Source: Parcubacteria group bacterium (GTDB lineage: Bacteria > Patescibacteriota > Patescibacteriia > UBA1558 > GWA2-36-10). Taken from it: DNA of 64,000 nucleotides. Every line of letters starts with the position of its first letter. The first letter of the stretch is position 1. Positions 9,815 to 18,465 of the stretch are shown one piece after another. The position numbers were made by a program, and so were the translations under genes. Under the pieces are notes generated by a model that saw nothing but the letters and a program-made list of their open reading frames with translations, searched no databases and was not told the origin of the DNA. The stretch is taken from NCBI GenBank assembly GCA_003104935.1, contig PQAE01000007.1, positions 47,221 through 111,220 on the forward strand, given 5' to 3'.

Positions 9815-10075
9815 ATGGAAATTATTTATAGCTCAAAATTCGCTAGAGAGTATAGAAGGCTGCCAAAGGATGTGAAAGCTCTAGCTGAAACACAAGAAGC
9901 TATTTTTCGTAAAGATCCTTATGATCCGAGGCTAAAAACCCACAAGCTAAAAGGAAAGTTTGATGGGTTTTTATCTTTTTCTATTGGCTATAAATATAGG
10001 ATAATATTTGAATTCGCCAAAGGTAGAAAAACGGTATATTTTCACATAGTAGGAGATCATGATATTTATCAATAG
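9815..10075 (+). CDS. type II toxin-antitoxin system RelE/ParE family toxin
   Basis: 86 aa; YKYRIIFEF...VYFHIVGDHDIY is a typical RelE/ParE C-terminus. Confidence 0.7.
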   Translation: MEIIYSSKFAREYRRLPKDVKALAETQEAIFRKDPYDPRLKTHKLKGKFDGFLSFSIGYKYRIIFEFAKGRKTVYFHIVGDHDIYQ

Positions 10076-10205
10076 ACCGGGTATTTCTCTAAAGCAAATT
10101 ATCTTTTCGCTACGGTGGTTTGTCCCGCAAAATTATACCACCTACGCTCAAAGATAACTTCGCATACGCACATCTGTTAGCTGGAAATATTCCTTTTCAA
10201 AAATC

Positions 10206-10580
10206 ATGAAAAATAAAAGAGCTGTTATAATAATTACAATGCTGATTATTGCCGGAATCTTTGTAATCGGCGCTGATTGGGCGAATGAGACAATTCATCG
10301 TTTCTTTCACAGCTATTTTGCTGATATTATTATTCCATTTGGATTTTACTTGCTCTTAATTTTAAATGAAGAAAATTTTGTTTTTCTTAAAAAATGGCAG
10401 GTAAAAGCCGGGACAGTATTTGCTTTATGTGCCCTATCTGAAACACTGCAATACTTTGATATTTATGCATTAGCAAGGGTTTTTGATCCTATAGACTATG
10501 TAATGTATGGTCTGGGAGTAATTTTTGCTGTTTTCGTTGATAGAGTTATTTTAAAAAAAATGTTCAGTTTCTGGCATTAA
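10206..10580 (+). CDS. hypothetical membrane protein (last cassette; no closing site identified)
   Basis: 124-aa ORF with multiple hydrophobic helices; preceded by the GTTAGCTGGAAAT core at 10176. Confidence 0.5.
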   Translation: MKNKRAVIIITMLIIAGIFVIGADWANETIHRFFHSYFADIIIPFGFYLLLILNEENFVFLKKWQVKAGTVFALCALSETLQYFDIYALARVFDPIDYVMYGLGVIFAVFVDRVILKKMFSFWH

Positions 10581-10665
10581 AAAGTTGTAATACAAAAAAT
10601 TGCCAAATAATATTAAAGATATTGCATCAATTCTTTAGCCCTAAAATTTAAGAAAAAATAATTCA

Positions 10666-10700
10666 AACAAAAAATCCGGCGCTAGAGGCGCCGGATTTTT
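10666..10700. terminator. bidirectional rho-independent terminator
   Basis: AAAAAATCCGGCGCTAGAGGCGCCGGATTTTTTG, a perfect hairpin with A/T runs on both sides. Confidence 0.7.
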
Positions 10701-10702
10701 TG

Positions 10703-12307
10703 TTAATATTGACCTGGACACACAAACCCAGATTTTACCAAACTAGGATCGCTTTCATAAATCTTTAACGCGTTGGGACAATCACAATAGCTTCTAGCCG
10801 GCGCACATATATTTGGTTGGACAAAACGATTCCAGTAACAACCGGCATCGTTTGCACAAACACTATCACTAGCATAAAGCAAACATTGTTCTGTACTTTT
10901 TGGGATAGCCGCAAACCATTTTCCTCCCCCATTTTCGCAGATAGTACTAAAATTTGGTTTAATATCATTTAAGGGTACTAATAATCCTGCACCCAAAGGA
11001 TTATGTCCCGTCTGCATCTCTTGCCCATCAAGATATCCATCACCATCGGTATCCGGATTGCGAGGATCGGTGCCATAATAAGCTTCCAACTGATCGGTCA
11101 GACCGTCATTATCCGAATCTAACATACTATTTGTGGTAGTGGTTAACTCGGTCGGCATCAGGCTGGTCATAAACTGCTCCAGAGTCATAGCATCAGCCGG
11201 TGCGGCCAGTTGTTTGTCTGGGATAGACTCTATCATCAGACTAATTTCAAAACTAATGACAATATTATCGGCCGCAGACATTACTTGAAAATTATTATTT
11301 ATGAGTTCTAGGCCGTAGATAATATTATCCTTGGTTCCCAGCCACATATTTATTTCCATACCTTCCAGTGACATGACGATTTCTCCCAGAGCTTTAGGAT
11401 CTTCCTTGATTTTAGAAAAATAGGCCTGATCTAATTCCGTGCTGGCATAAGTTTGCGATAATAAATTAAAAAAATCTTGACCCTTGCCCGGAATGATGCG
11501 ATACTTTATTTTTTTTGCCTGGGCGGCGGAAATTTTTTTTATTTCGTGAGTATCGGTTATGGAAATAAGATTACTACGTCTTAATTTATTTATAAAATCT
11601 GTGTACTTTTTACTATACTGCTGAGCTAAATCACTCTGTTGTTGTCCCATGTTCGACTCAGGAATCGCTCCCCGTAATGACAACCATTTGTTCATCAAAT
11701 TATTAGGATCGCCTAAAATTCCCTGCAGTCCCGCTATACTTTTATCATCAAGACTGGTTAACTGCAAATAATAATCCGGGCCAATGGCAATATAATTTAA
11801 GCTAGCCAAAGTATTAAAATAATCGCTTTTAAAATCTACCTTAAAATCGCCTTCTGATCCTTTTTCATAGACATTAAAATTTGAACTGATTGTGTAGCTA
11901 GTATCTTTAAGATTATTAACCCCGAGTGGCAACAGAGTTCCTAGCTCACTGCCGGAACTCACCTGACTATTTCCAGCAAGGTTGAACTTAAGAGACGCCT
12001 GATATTCTCCGGTAACTTTAAAATTCTTCTCCGTCGTGCCCCAGGGCCAACTCATCTGTCGGCTCATCAGCATTGCCTGTCCCTGGGCATAATACCACCA
12101 TCCGCCTACGCCCGCTAAGACTAAAACAATCACCGCGATAATACCAATAATTAGCAATTTCTTACTGCCTCCCGTTTTTTGACTTTGCAGACGCTCGGTC
12201 AGGCCGGCCGGCGGCTGAGGCATGCCCGGATAGGCTTTAAAATTTGTCAGCTCCGGTGCGGCCGGACTAGGGTTGGTTTGATTAGCTTGGGGAGTTTGAT
12301 TTTCCAT
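10703..12307 (-). CDS. membrane-anchored secreted protein with thrombospondin type-3-like calcium-binding repeats and a Cys-rich C-terminus
   Basis: N-terminal transmembrane helix LLIIGIIAVIVLVLAGV; DSDNDGLTDQLE...DPRNPDTDGDGYLDGQE repeats; C-terminal Cys-rich region. Confidence 0.6.
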   Translation of the reverse strand: MENQTPQANQTNPSPAAPELTNFKAYPGMPQPPAGLTERLQSQKTGGSKKLLIIGIIAVIVLVLAGVGGWWYYAQGQAMLMSRQMSWPWGTTEKNFKVTGEYQASLKFNLAGNSQVSSGSELGTLLPLGVNNLKDTSYTISSNFNVYEKGSEGDFKVDFKSDYFNTLASLNYIAIGPDYYLQLTSLDDKSIAGLQGILGDPNNLMNKWLSLRGAIPESNMGQQQSDLAQQYSKKYTDFINKLRRSNLISITDTHEIKKISAAQAKKIKYRIIPGKGQDFFNLLSQTYASTELDQAYFSKIKEDPKALGEIVMSLEGMEINMWLGTKDNIIYGLELINNNFQVMSAADNIVISFEISLMIESIPDKQLAAPADAMTLEQFMTSLMPTELTTTTNSMLDSDNDGLTDQLEAYYGTDPRNPDTDGDGYLDGQEMQTGHNPLGAGLLVPLNDIKPNFSTICENGGGKWFAAIPKSTEQCLLYASDSVCANDAGCYWNRFVQPNICAPARSYCDCPNALKIYESDPSLVKSGFVCPGQY

Positions 12308-12349
12308 ATAAAATTTTAATACTTATTGCCTTTATTATAGCACAAATTA

Positions 12350-13045
12350 TTATTTTAATCTTTTTTGAACTGCCTTGCTCTGCAATTCCCGCAGAGCATC
12401 GGCCGCTATCCAACGGGCGCTTTTAGAATGCGATCGACTGATATCTCGGGCGGATTTTATAGCTAAGACATTGAGTTTTTTATTTCTTTTTCCGACTTGG
12501 CGCAAGGCCCAGTTGACGGCTTTGCGGACAAAATTCCGCTCATCAGTAGAATATTTTTTTATGATTGGGAAAAATTGAATAAATTTTGTGTTCGGGGAAA
12601 ACTTGTCGCCGATCGCTAAACAGGCGATAAGGGCAAAGCCGGCGCGACGGACATATTCCCGTCTGTCCTTTGACCATTTTTTTACTTTTTGAAAAGCCCG
12701 AGGTGTACGGCGGTAAAGATTTAGGCAAACCTGATCACAGACATCCCAAGAATCAAAATCTTGAGTCCAACTATCCATCTGTTGACTGGTAATTTTGTGT
12801 GGCTCGGCGATCATGCCAGCTAGGATGCGGGCCTCATGGATCTCTGTCCGCCACAAAGACAAAGCCAGACCATGGTCTTGGCCAATTTGTCTGGCTAGTT
12901 GACGAAGTATGGGGATTTTTACCCCCCAAGGTTTTTTAGCTTTAATACCGAAAGCCATCATCCCCTGCACCGTCTTCGGCTGGCGATATCTTTTGAGATG
13001 TGCGATGACCTGTGCTGTAGTCATTATTTTAATTCCAGAGAACAC
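12350..13045 (-). CDS. DNA alkylation repair enzyme (AlkC/AlkD-like HEAT-repeat glycosylase family)
   Basis: 231 aa; family-like segments ...RILAGMIAEP..., WDVCDQVC, AVNWALRQVGK. Confidence 0.6.
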   Translation of the reverse strand: MFSGIKIMTTAQVIAHLKRYRQPKTVQGMMAFGIKAKKPWGVKIPILRQLARQIGQDHGLALSLWRTEIHEARILAGMIAEPHKITSQQMDSWTQDFDSWDVCDQVCLNLYRRTPRAFQKVKKWSKDRREYVRRAGFALIACLAIGDKFSPNTKFIQFFPIIKKYSTDERNFVRKAVNWALRQVGKRNKKLNVLAIKSARDISRSHSKSARWIAADALRELQSKAVQKRLK

Positions 13046-13770
13046 GGCTGATCATCAGCACAATCATAATACAAACTCAGTTCTAATATTTTACCCGGTC
13101 TCCAGGAGGAAATAAAACTGTAGAGATTTATATTTTTGCCGGCGCCGAAAAGTTTTAACGCATCAAGCTCACTGGGCGTTCGGCTCTCATCATAAGGAAT
13201 GGCTGGTAGATAACTTATTTTTTCCAGGGGGAATAATAATTCCGTAGCGTCGCTATTTGGTGTAGCCAATGTATTTGGACGGAAAAGGTGCCCTCCAAAA
13301 TTTGCTAACTTTAGATAAAAACTATCAAATTTGGTCATTTTTTTGTCCTCCACGACGGCTCTGACATAGACATAAGCGTCGGCGATTTCCCCGTTCTGAC
13401 GGATATTTACTATTTTGATTTTACTGTTATCCAAAACCGAATTCGGCGTCCAAGAAACAAAATCTTTGGCTATTTCCAGTTTTTGCATCTGAGACAAGCG
13501 CGCATAATCCGGAAAATTTGCCAGGTCCTGACTGATATTATCCGTACTGGTAGCATTGGCGTTTTGATTATTGGTATTAAGGGACGGTTTCCAATTTTTT
13601 ATTACCAGAAAAAATAAAACTATGATCACCGCTATGATGCCGGCGATTAATTTCCAGCGGCTCTGGCCGCGGCTGGCTCCCTCTATCTCAGCGCTATAGT
13701 CCGGGTGGTGCTGAGGCGTGGCACTGGGTGGTGTGGACTGATTTTGACTGAGATCTTTTTCTTCTTCCAT
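13024..13770 (-). CDS. hypothetical membrane-anchored protein
   Basis: 248 aa with a single transmembrane helix LIAGIIAVIIVLFFLVI. Confidence 0.5.
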   Translation of the reverse strand: MEEEKDLSQNQSTPPSATPQHHPDYSAEIEGASRGQSRWKLIAGIIAVIIVLFFLVIKNWKPSLNTNNQNANATSTDNISQDLANFPDYARLSQMQKLEIAKDFVSWTPNSVLDNSKIKIVNIRQNGEIADAYVYVRAVVEDKKMTKFDSFYLKLANFGGHLFRPNTLATPNSDATELLFPLEKISYLPAIPYDESRTPSELDALKLFGAGKNINLYSFISSWRPGKILELSLYYDCADDQPCSLELK

Positions 13771-13785
13771 AGCTGAAATATTAAA

Positions 13786-14703
13786 TTATAAATTAACCGA
13801 TATTTTTTTTAAATTATGCTGATCCAATAAACGAAAACTATACCAAGCCACTACGCCCAGGACTACCAAACCGACCAACCCTCCTGGGCCGCCTATAAAG
13901 TGATTAAAGGCCGGAAATATCATCGCCCAGATACCATAGGCTTGAGAATTGAAAACGCCGTGGGCCCAACCGGCCAATATACTACTACCCGAGTGTAAAC
14001 GTAAATATCCGATATAAATTCCTAGGAAGGTGGCCATAGCTATAAAGAATAAAGCTCCCAGCCAAACATTAGAATATCCGCCAAAACCCAGGAGGACAAC
14101 AAAGGGCACGTGCCACAATCCCCAAATCAGTCCGCTGATGACCAGAGCTTTTTTTTCGCCGAGCGGCAACAAGTGTGGTAAGAGATGACCTCGCCAGCCC
14201 AGTTCCTCTCCTAGACCAGCTACGGAATTGACAAAAGGGGTAAATAAAAAGGTGAACAGAAATATTATCAGCACGATCAGCGGACCGGGCAAAGGTAAGG
14301 TCAGACCATATTGGGAGGCAAATCCGCTTAAAGAAAAATCCACCGGCGCTCCCAAAATGTAGGTTAAGGTATAGATTATAATAAACACGGCCGGTATGAG
14401 TAGCCAGACATTAAGATAATTTTTGAAAGCTCCCCAGTGCCAGCCCGCAGTCGCCCAACCCTCTTTAGTGATAAACTGCCGGGTGATAATCGTGGCGATG
14501 GTCGGCAAAAACATTAAACCGGCTAAAACCAGCTGAGCGGACAAAGCTCCGGCTACCATCTTCATCTGCAAGCCAGCCATCACCCCGACGACTATCAAGG
14601 TCAGGCCAAAAGTGATGATAATATAGGAATATAGGGATTTTTTGTTGATTTTCTGATCCATATTTATCCCCTCTATTCTATCGCATTCATCAAAATAATC
14701 CAA
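13786..14703 (-). CDS. CPBP family intramembrane glutamic endopeptidase (CAAX protease/Abi)
   Basis: EELGWRGHLLPHL (EExxxR), GLIWGLWH (FxxxH) and a further His (HGVFN); multi-pass membrane protein. Confidence 0.75.
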   Translation of the reverse strand: MDYFDECDRIEGINMDQKINKKSLYSYIIITFGLTLIVVGVMAGLQMKMVAGALSAQLVLAGLMFLPTIATIITRQFITKEGWATAGWHWGAFKNYLNVWLLIPAVFIIIYTLTYILGAPVDFSLSGFASQYGLTLPLPGPLIVLIIFLFTFLFTPFVNSVAGLGEELGWRGHLLPHLLPLGEKKALVISGLIWGLWHVPFVVLLGFGGYSNVWLGALFFIAMATFLGIYIGYLRLHSGSSILAGWAHGVFNSQAYGIWAMIFPAFNHFIGGPGGLVGLVVLGVVAWYSFRLLDQHNLKKISVNL

Positions 14704-14799
14704 TCCCTCAAATAAAGTTTGACAAATAGTCTTAATCAGATGAAAATATAACCATTAATCGTTCTATACAACCTCTACCTTTCTCTGCGGAGGAAAAAA

Positions 14800-15144
14800 A
14801 TGAGAACCGATAATGTCGTCGCTATCACCCATCTTTGGCAAGCCACCTACATGAATGAACTGCCGCTTATCAAGTGCGGTCTCGTGGACCGCTGGATGAT
14901 CCTATCGTCGGAATACCACCTTCAAGTTTTACCCGATGACTATGTCGAGTTCAGCGGACGGGTTCTCTGCCGAATCACTGGTGTTCGCCGGTATGACAGT
15001 TTTGCCGCGCTACTGGCGCGCGAAGATACCGCGCGGATCGACCCCGACTCCAGCGCCGAGGAACTCCTCGGTCTCTGGAGGGCTAAGTATAGCCCCGAGC
15101 AAGAAAATGAAGGAGTGTTTATCGCTCAATTTTGTGTTGTTTAA
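14800..15144 (+). CDS. hypothetical protein, GC-rich (~52%) relative to its neighbours
   Basis: 114-aa ORF followed by an imperfect hairpin at 15159-15195; higher GC than flanking genes. Confidence 0.45.
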   Translation: MRTDNVVAITHLWQATYMNELPLIKCGLVDRWMILSSEYHLQVLPDDYVEFSGRVLCRITGVRRYDSFAALLAREDTARIDPDSSAEELLGLWRAKYSPEQENEGVFIAQFCVV

Positions 15145-15256
15145 AACAACGCAATATCTATAGACCCTGTCGCGCTTAGCGTGACGGGGTCTATACAAAT
15201 AAAAGCTTTATTTTTTCTCATTTTACCGCTATAATCAAGATAAATTATAGCAATTC

Positions 15257-15346
15257 GGTGGGCTGGCCGAGTGGTTGAAGGCGCTAGTCTCGAAAACTGG
15301 TATACCTGTAAGGGTATCGTGAGTTCGAATCTCACGCCCACCGCCA
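15257..15346 (+). tRNA. tRNA-Ser (anticodon CGA)
   Basis: GGTGGGC acceptor stem, D-arm GCCGAGTGGTTGAAGGC, anticodon loop CTCGAAA, long variable arm, T-arm GTGAGTTCGAATCTCAC, 3' GCCCACC-G-CCA. Confidence 0.85.
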
Positions 15347-15380
15347 CACTTCGCGTCAGCCAAGGAAATAAAATAAAAAT

Positions 15381-15932
15381 ATGCCCAACAACGAATATCA
15401 AAATCTCGGACCAAAAACATTATTTATTTTCATCTTTGGCAATACTATGCTGGCGGTGATGGTTTTGTTGGTTTTATTAGTTGCCTGGTGGCTGATAAAT
15501 TTTTTCGGCAATAGCCAATTGATTGATCAATCGTTGCCACTAATCAATTCCCTGATGCCTCTGCTAATAATTGTTGATTTGATTTTTTTTATTATCATGA
15601 CCCTGATTGCCCGTTGGCAATATACAAATTACAAATTTAAAATTGACGATGACGCTTTTCGAGTAATGCATGGCATCCTGACTCGCGAAGAAATCGCCAT
15701 GCCCTATCGCCGGATAGAAAGCGTGGATTTGAAGCAGACTTTATTTTACCAAATACTGGGTGTCAGCTAGGTCACGATTGAAACCGTGTCCGATATGGAG
15801 TCAGAGGGCGATGTGAAAAATTATAACCGTGATGATGAGGTCCTGCCGGCCATTGACCGCCATCTGGCCGAGACTATACAACACGAGCTGACTAGCCGGG
15901 CCAATATCCAAAAAATGCATTTACACGATTAA
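15381..15932 (+). pseudogene. bacterial PH domain (bPH_2/YdbS-like) membrane protein interrupted by an in-frame TAG at 15768-15770
   Basis: ORF 15381-15770 ends ...LFYQILGVS*; the same frame continues VTIETVSDMESEGD... to TAA at 15930, which restores the conserved bPH_2 C-terminus. Confidence 0.5.
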
Positions 15933-15948
15933 AATTTAAAAAAAATAT

Positions 15949-16098
15949 ATGAGAAAAAATTGGGCTCTAGGATTCCTGGGATTTATGGGCATCAGAGGAA
16001 TCGTCGGAATTATGCACGGCGACTGGTTAGAAGCTGTTTGGATCTGTTGGCTAGCCTGGTTTGCCGCCTTTATTCCGGAGAAAGATGATAAAAATTAG
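15949..16098 (+). CDS. small hydrophobic protein (49 aa)
   Basis: MRKNWALGFLGFMGIRGIVGIMHGDWLEAVWICWLAWFAAFIPEKDDKN; paralogous to the next gene. Too short for the ORF track. Confidence 0.4.
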   Translation: MRKNWALGFLGFMGIRGIVGIMHGDWLEAVWICWLAWFAAFIPEKDDKN

Positions 16099-16290
16099 TT
16101 GAAAACTATGGACAACCAAAAAAAGGGTAGCAGCGTGGCCAGTGGCGCTTATGGCCTGGGTTTTATCGGGGCGGCCATTTATTTTATCCAACATGCCGGC
16201 GATTTTTGGCTGGGAGTGCTGGGAGTGCTCAAGGCGCTAGTCTGGCCGGCTTTCCTGGTTTATAAACTACTGGAGTTTCTAAAGATGTAA
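16099..16290 (+). CDS. small hydrophobic protein (63 aa)
   Basis: Shares the GLGFIGAAIYF pattern with the preceding small ORF. Confidence 0.4.
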   Translation: MKTMDNQKKGSSVASGAYGLGFIGAAIYFIQHAGDFWLGVLGVLKALVWPAFLVYKLLEFLKM

Positions 16291-16315
16291 GATAATTTTA
16301 TAATCAAAAATAAAA

Positions 16316-17245
16316 ATGTTTAACCTAATACTGCTTTTAGCCGCTCTTTTATTATTAATCGTCAGTGCTAATTTTGCCAACAAATACGCCACTAGATTAG
16401 CCCAGGCCTTGCGACTACCCAAATATATTGTCGGCTTTATTGTGGTGGCCATTATATCTATCCTTCCGGAAACATTTATAGCCATAAACTCCGCCTTGGC
16501 GGGCGTACCCTCTTTTGGCTTAGGTACACTCTTTGGTTCCAACGTGGCTGATCTTACTCTGGTCTTTACTATTATAATATTTACTACTACCCGTGGCCTG
16601 AAAATCAGTAGCCAGATTTTAGATAATAATAAATGGTATCCGAGTATGCTGGCGCTGCCGATTCTGGTAGGCTGGGACGGTTACTACTCGCGTACCGAGG
16701 GCGTTATGCTTATCATCGCCGGTTTTTTATTTTACTTTTGGGTCTTGCGTCGTAATCCCCGTCTGCCCCTGAGCGACAAAAAAATAAATACTCATTTGCT
16801 CGCAGACATTTTTTTCTTGCTGGTGAGTATGGCCACACTGCTCTGGGCCTCGTACCTGACGGTAGAATATGGCGTAGCCTTTGCCCAGACGATACGGCTA
16901 AACCCGGCTCTGATCGCCATGTTGATCGTCGGCGTCGGCACCACTTTACCGGAGTTGTCTTTTTCTCTGATTGCCGTGCGCCACAAGGGCGAGGGTTTGG
17001 CTCTGGGAGACATCCTCGGCACGGTCATTTCTGACGCGACTATCGCCGTAGGTATCATCGCCATAATCAGCCCATTTTATTTCCCCCAAAGAATTATCTA
17101 TATTACCGCCATGTTTATGGTCGTGGCCGCTATGCTACTTTTCACTCTGATGCGCTCAGGAAAATTACTTACCAAGCAGGAAGGAGTGTTTCTCCTTTTA
17201 TTCTACATATTTTTTATTTTGACGGAGTATCTGCTAAATGGATAA
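16316..17245 (+). CDS. CaCA family Na+/Ca2+ exchanger membrane protein (YrbG-like)
   Basis: Two alpha-repeats: GLGTLFGSNVADLTLVF and GVGTTLPELSFSLIAV...GDILGTVISD. Confidence 0.75.
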   Translation: MFNLILLLAALLLLIVSANFANKYATRLAQALRLPKYIVGFIVVAIISILPETFIAINSALAGVPSFGLGTLFGSNVADLTLVFTIIIFTTTRGLKISSQILDNNKWYPSMLALPILVGWDGYYSRTEGVMLIIAGFLFYFWVLRRNPRLPLSDKKINTHLLADIFFLLVSMATLLWASYLTVEYGVAFAQTIRLNPALIAMLIVGVGTTLPELSFSLIAVRHKGEGLALGDILGTVISDATIAVGIIAIISPFYFPQRIIYITAMFMVVAAMLLFTLMRSGKLLTKQEGVFLLLFYIFFILTEYLLNG

Positions 17246-17247
17246 TT

Positions 17248-17718
17248 ATGAGGAATCTAAAAATACCCTACCACCGCCAACAAAATAATTTTTATTGCGG
17301 TCCGGCCAGTTTGCAGATGGCTCTGGCTTTTTTTAAATACTTTCAGCCGCAGACTAGCCTGGCTCGACAATTAAAAACTAGTCCCCGGCTGGGTACAAAT
17401 AATCAGCGTATGGTCAAGGTCGCTCAGGAGCACGGCTTTGCCAGTTTTGCCAAAAAAAATTCTAAGTTATCCGATATTAAATTTTTTTTGAAAAATAAAC
17501 TGCCGGTAATCATCAACTATCGGGAACCATCAGAAAACGAATATCACTTTGCCCTGATCTCCGGCTTGGATGACCAAGCAGTGCGTCTGGCCGACCCGCA
17601 TAACGGCCACAATTTTAAATTAAAAAAAACTATCTTTTTACGCCGCTGGCGGGACAGTCGTAATATCTATAAAAAGTGGTTTATGGTGATCGCCCCTAAA
17701 AAATATATTAACAAATAA
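17248..17718 (+). CDS. peptidase C39-like domain protein
   Basis: YHRQQNNFYCGPASLQMALAFF, with a Cys in the C39_2-type context. Confidence 0.55.
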   Translation: MRNLKIPYHRQQNNFYCGPASLQMALAFFKYFQPQTSLARQLKTSPRLGTNNQRMVKVAQEHGFASFAKKNSKLSDIKFFLKNKLPVIINYREPSENEYHFALISGLDDQAVRLADPHNGHNFKLKKTIFLRRWRDSRNIYKKWFMVIAPKKYINK

Positions 17719-17722
17719 GCTT

Positions 17723-18241
17723 ATGATAAAAAATAAATTTTTCTGGATAGCCCTGATCTTTATGCTGGTCGCCCTGATAATATATCTGGGTACACCTAAA
17801 AAAACCGTGGCTCCGGGTGCACCGAACACCGCGGTACCGGAAACGATATCCTATGATAATTCCCAATATGGCTTTTCTTTTGCCCTAGCAAATAGCTGGA
17901 GGGGATATTCTGTTATTAGTAGTGAATGGCGGGGCCTGACGACCGATGCCCAAAATGGTGAAGTCGCCACTACCACCGGCCCGCTAATTTCCATCCGCCA
18001 CCCGCTTTGGACTGGAGAAAATCCTCGACAAGATATACCGATTATGGTTCTGACAATATACCAGTGGAATGAATTACAACAAGACAAATTTCACATCGGT
18101 GCCGCCCCGATCAGACCGAGTGAACTGGGACGCAATGACAAATACGTTTTTGCCTTACCGGCACGCTATAATTTTGCTTTTCCGACCGGGTATGAAGAGG
18201 TAGAACAAATCCTGCAAGCTAAACCCCTAAAAGCTTATTAA
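17723..18241 (+). CDS. hypothetical membrane-anchored protein
   Basis: 172 aa with an N-terminal transmembrane helix FWIALIFMLVALIIYL. Confidence 0.45.
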   Translation: MIKNKFFWIALIFMLVALIIYLGTPKKTVAPGAPNTAVPETISYDNSQYGFSFALANSWRGYSVISSEWRGLTTDAQNGEVATTTGPLISIRHPLWTGENPRQDIPIMVLTIYQWNELQQDKFHIGAAPIRPSELGRNDKYVFALPARYNFAFPTGYEEVEQILQAKPLKAY

Positions 18242-18246
18242 TATTT

Positions 18247-18462
18247 ATGAAAAATCCTTGGTTTAAAAAAGCCTGCTGGATTCATTATCCGGTTTCATTC
18301 AGCGGCTATGTCATCACTATATTGATCTTAGCTTTTTGCGTGCAGGTTTTTATGGCCGTTGATTCCCGCTCCCACTCGGTTAGTGATACTCTCTATGGAG
18401 CATTCCCTTTTATCGTGCCGGCTTTGTTGGTTTGGGATTGGATAGCCGAGAAAACTAGCTAA
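18247..18462 (+). CDS. small membrane protein
   Basis: 71 aa with two hydrophobic helices. Confidence 0.35.
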   Translation: MKNPWFKKACWIHYPVSFSGYVITILILAFCVQVFMAVDSRSHSVSDTLYGAFPFIVPALLVWDWIAEKTS

Positions 18463-18465
18463 TAA

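Larger units (their letters stand above)
4151..10182 (+). repeat. integron-like cassette array: ORFs bracketed by inverted repeats ending in alternating GTTRRRY / RYYYAAC cores
   Basis: Cores at 4151 GTTGTAC, 4900 GCACAAC, 5312 GTTATGT, 6567 AGCTAAC, 7100 GTTAGGA, 7496 GCCCAAC, 8206 GTTAGGC, 8758 GCCCAAC, 9186 GTTAGCT, 9486 GCCCAAC and 10176 GTTAGCT. Flanking arms are reverse-complementary, e.g. CAACACCGCGTATCTGG at 4903 pairs with CCAGCGTATCTG...CCTGTTATG at 5293-5318. Confidence 0.75.

Noticed and set aside
15141-15420. ORFs 15141-15401(-) and 15235-15420(-)
   Set aside because: They overlap tRNA-Ser (15257-15346) and its hairpin; no coding features.
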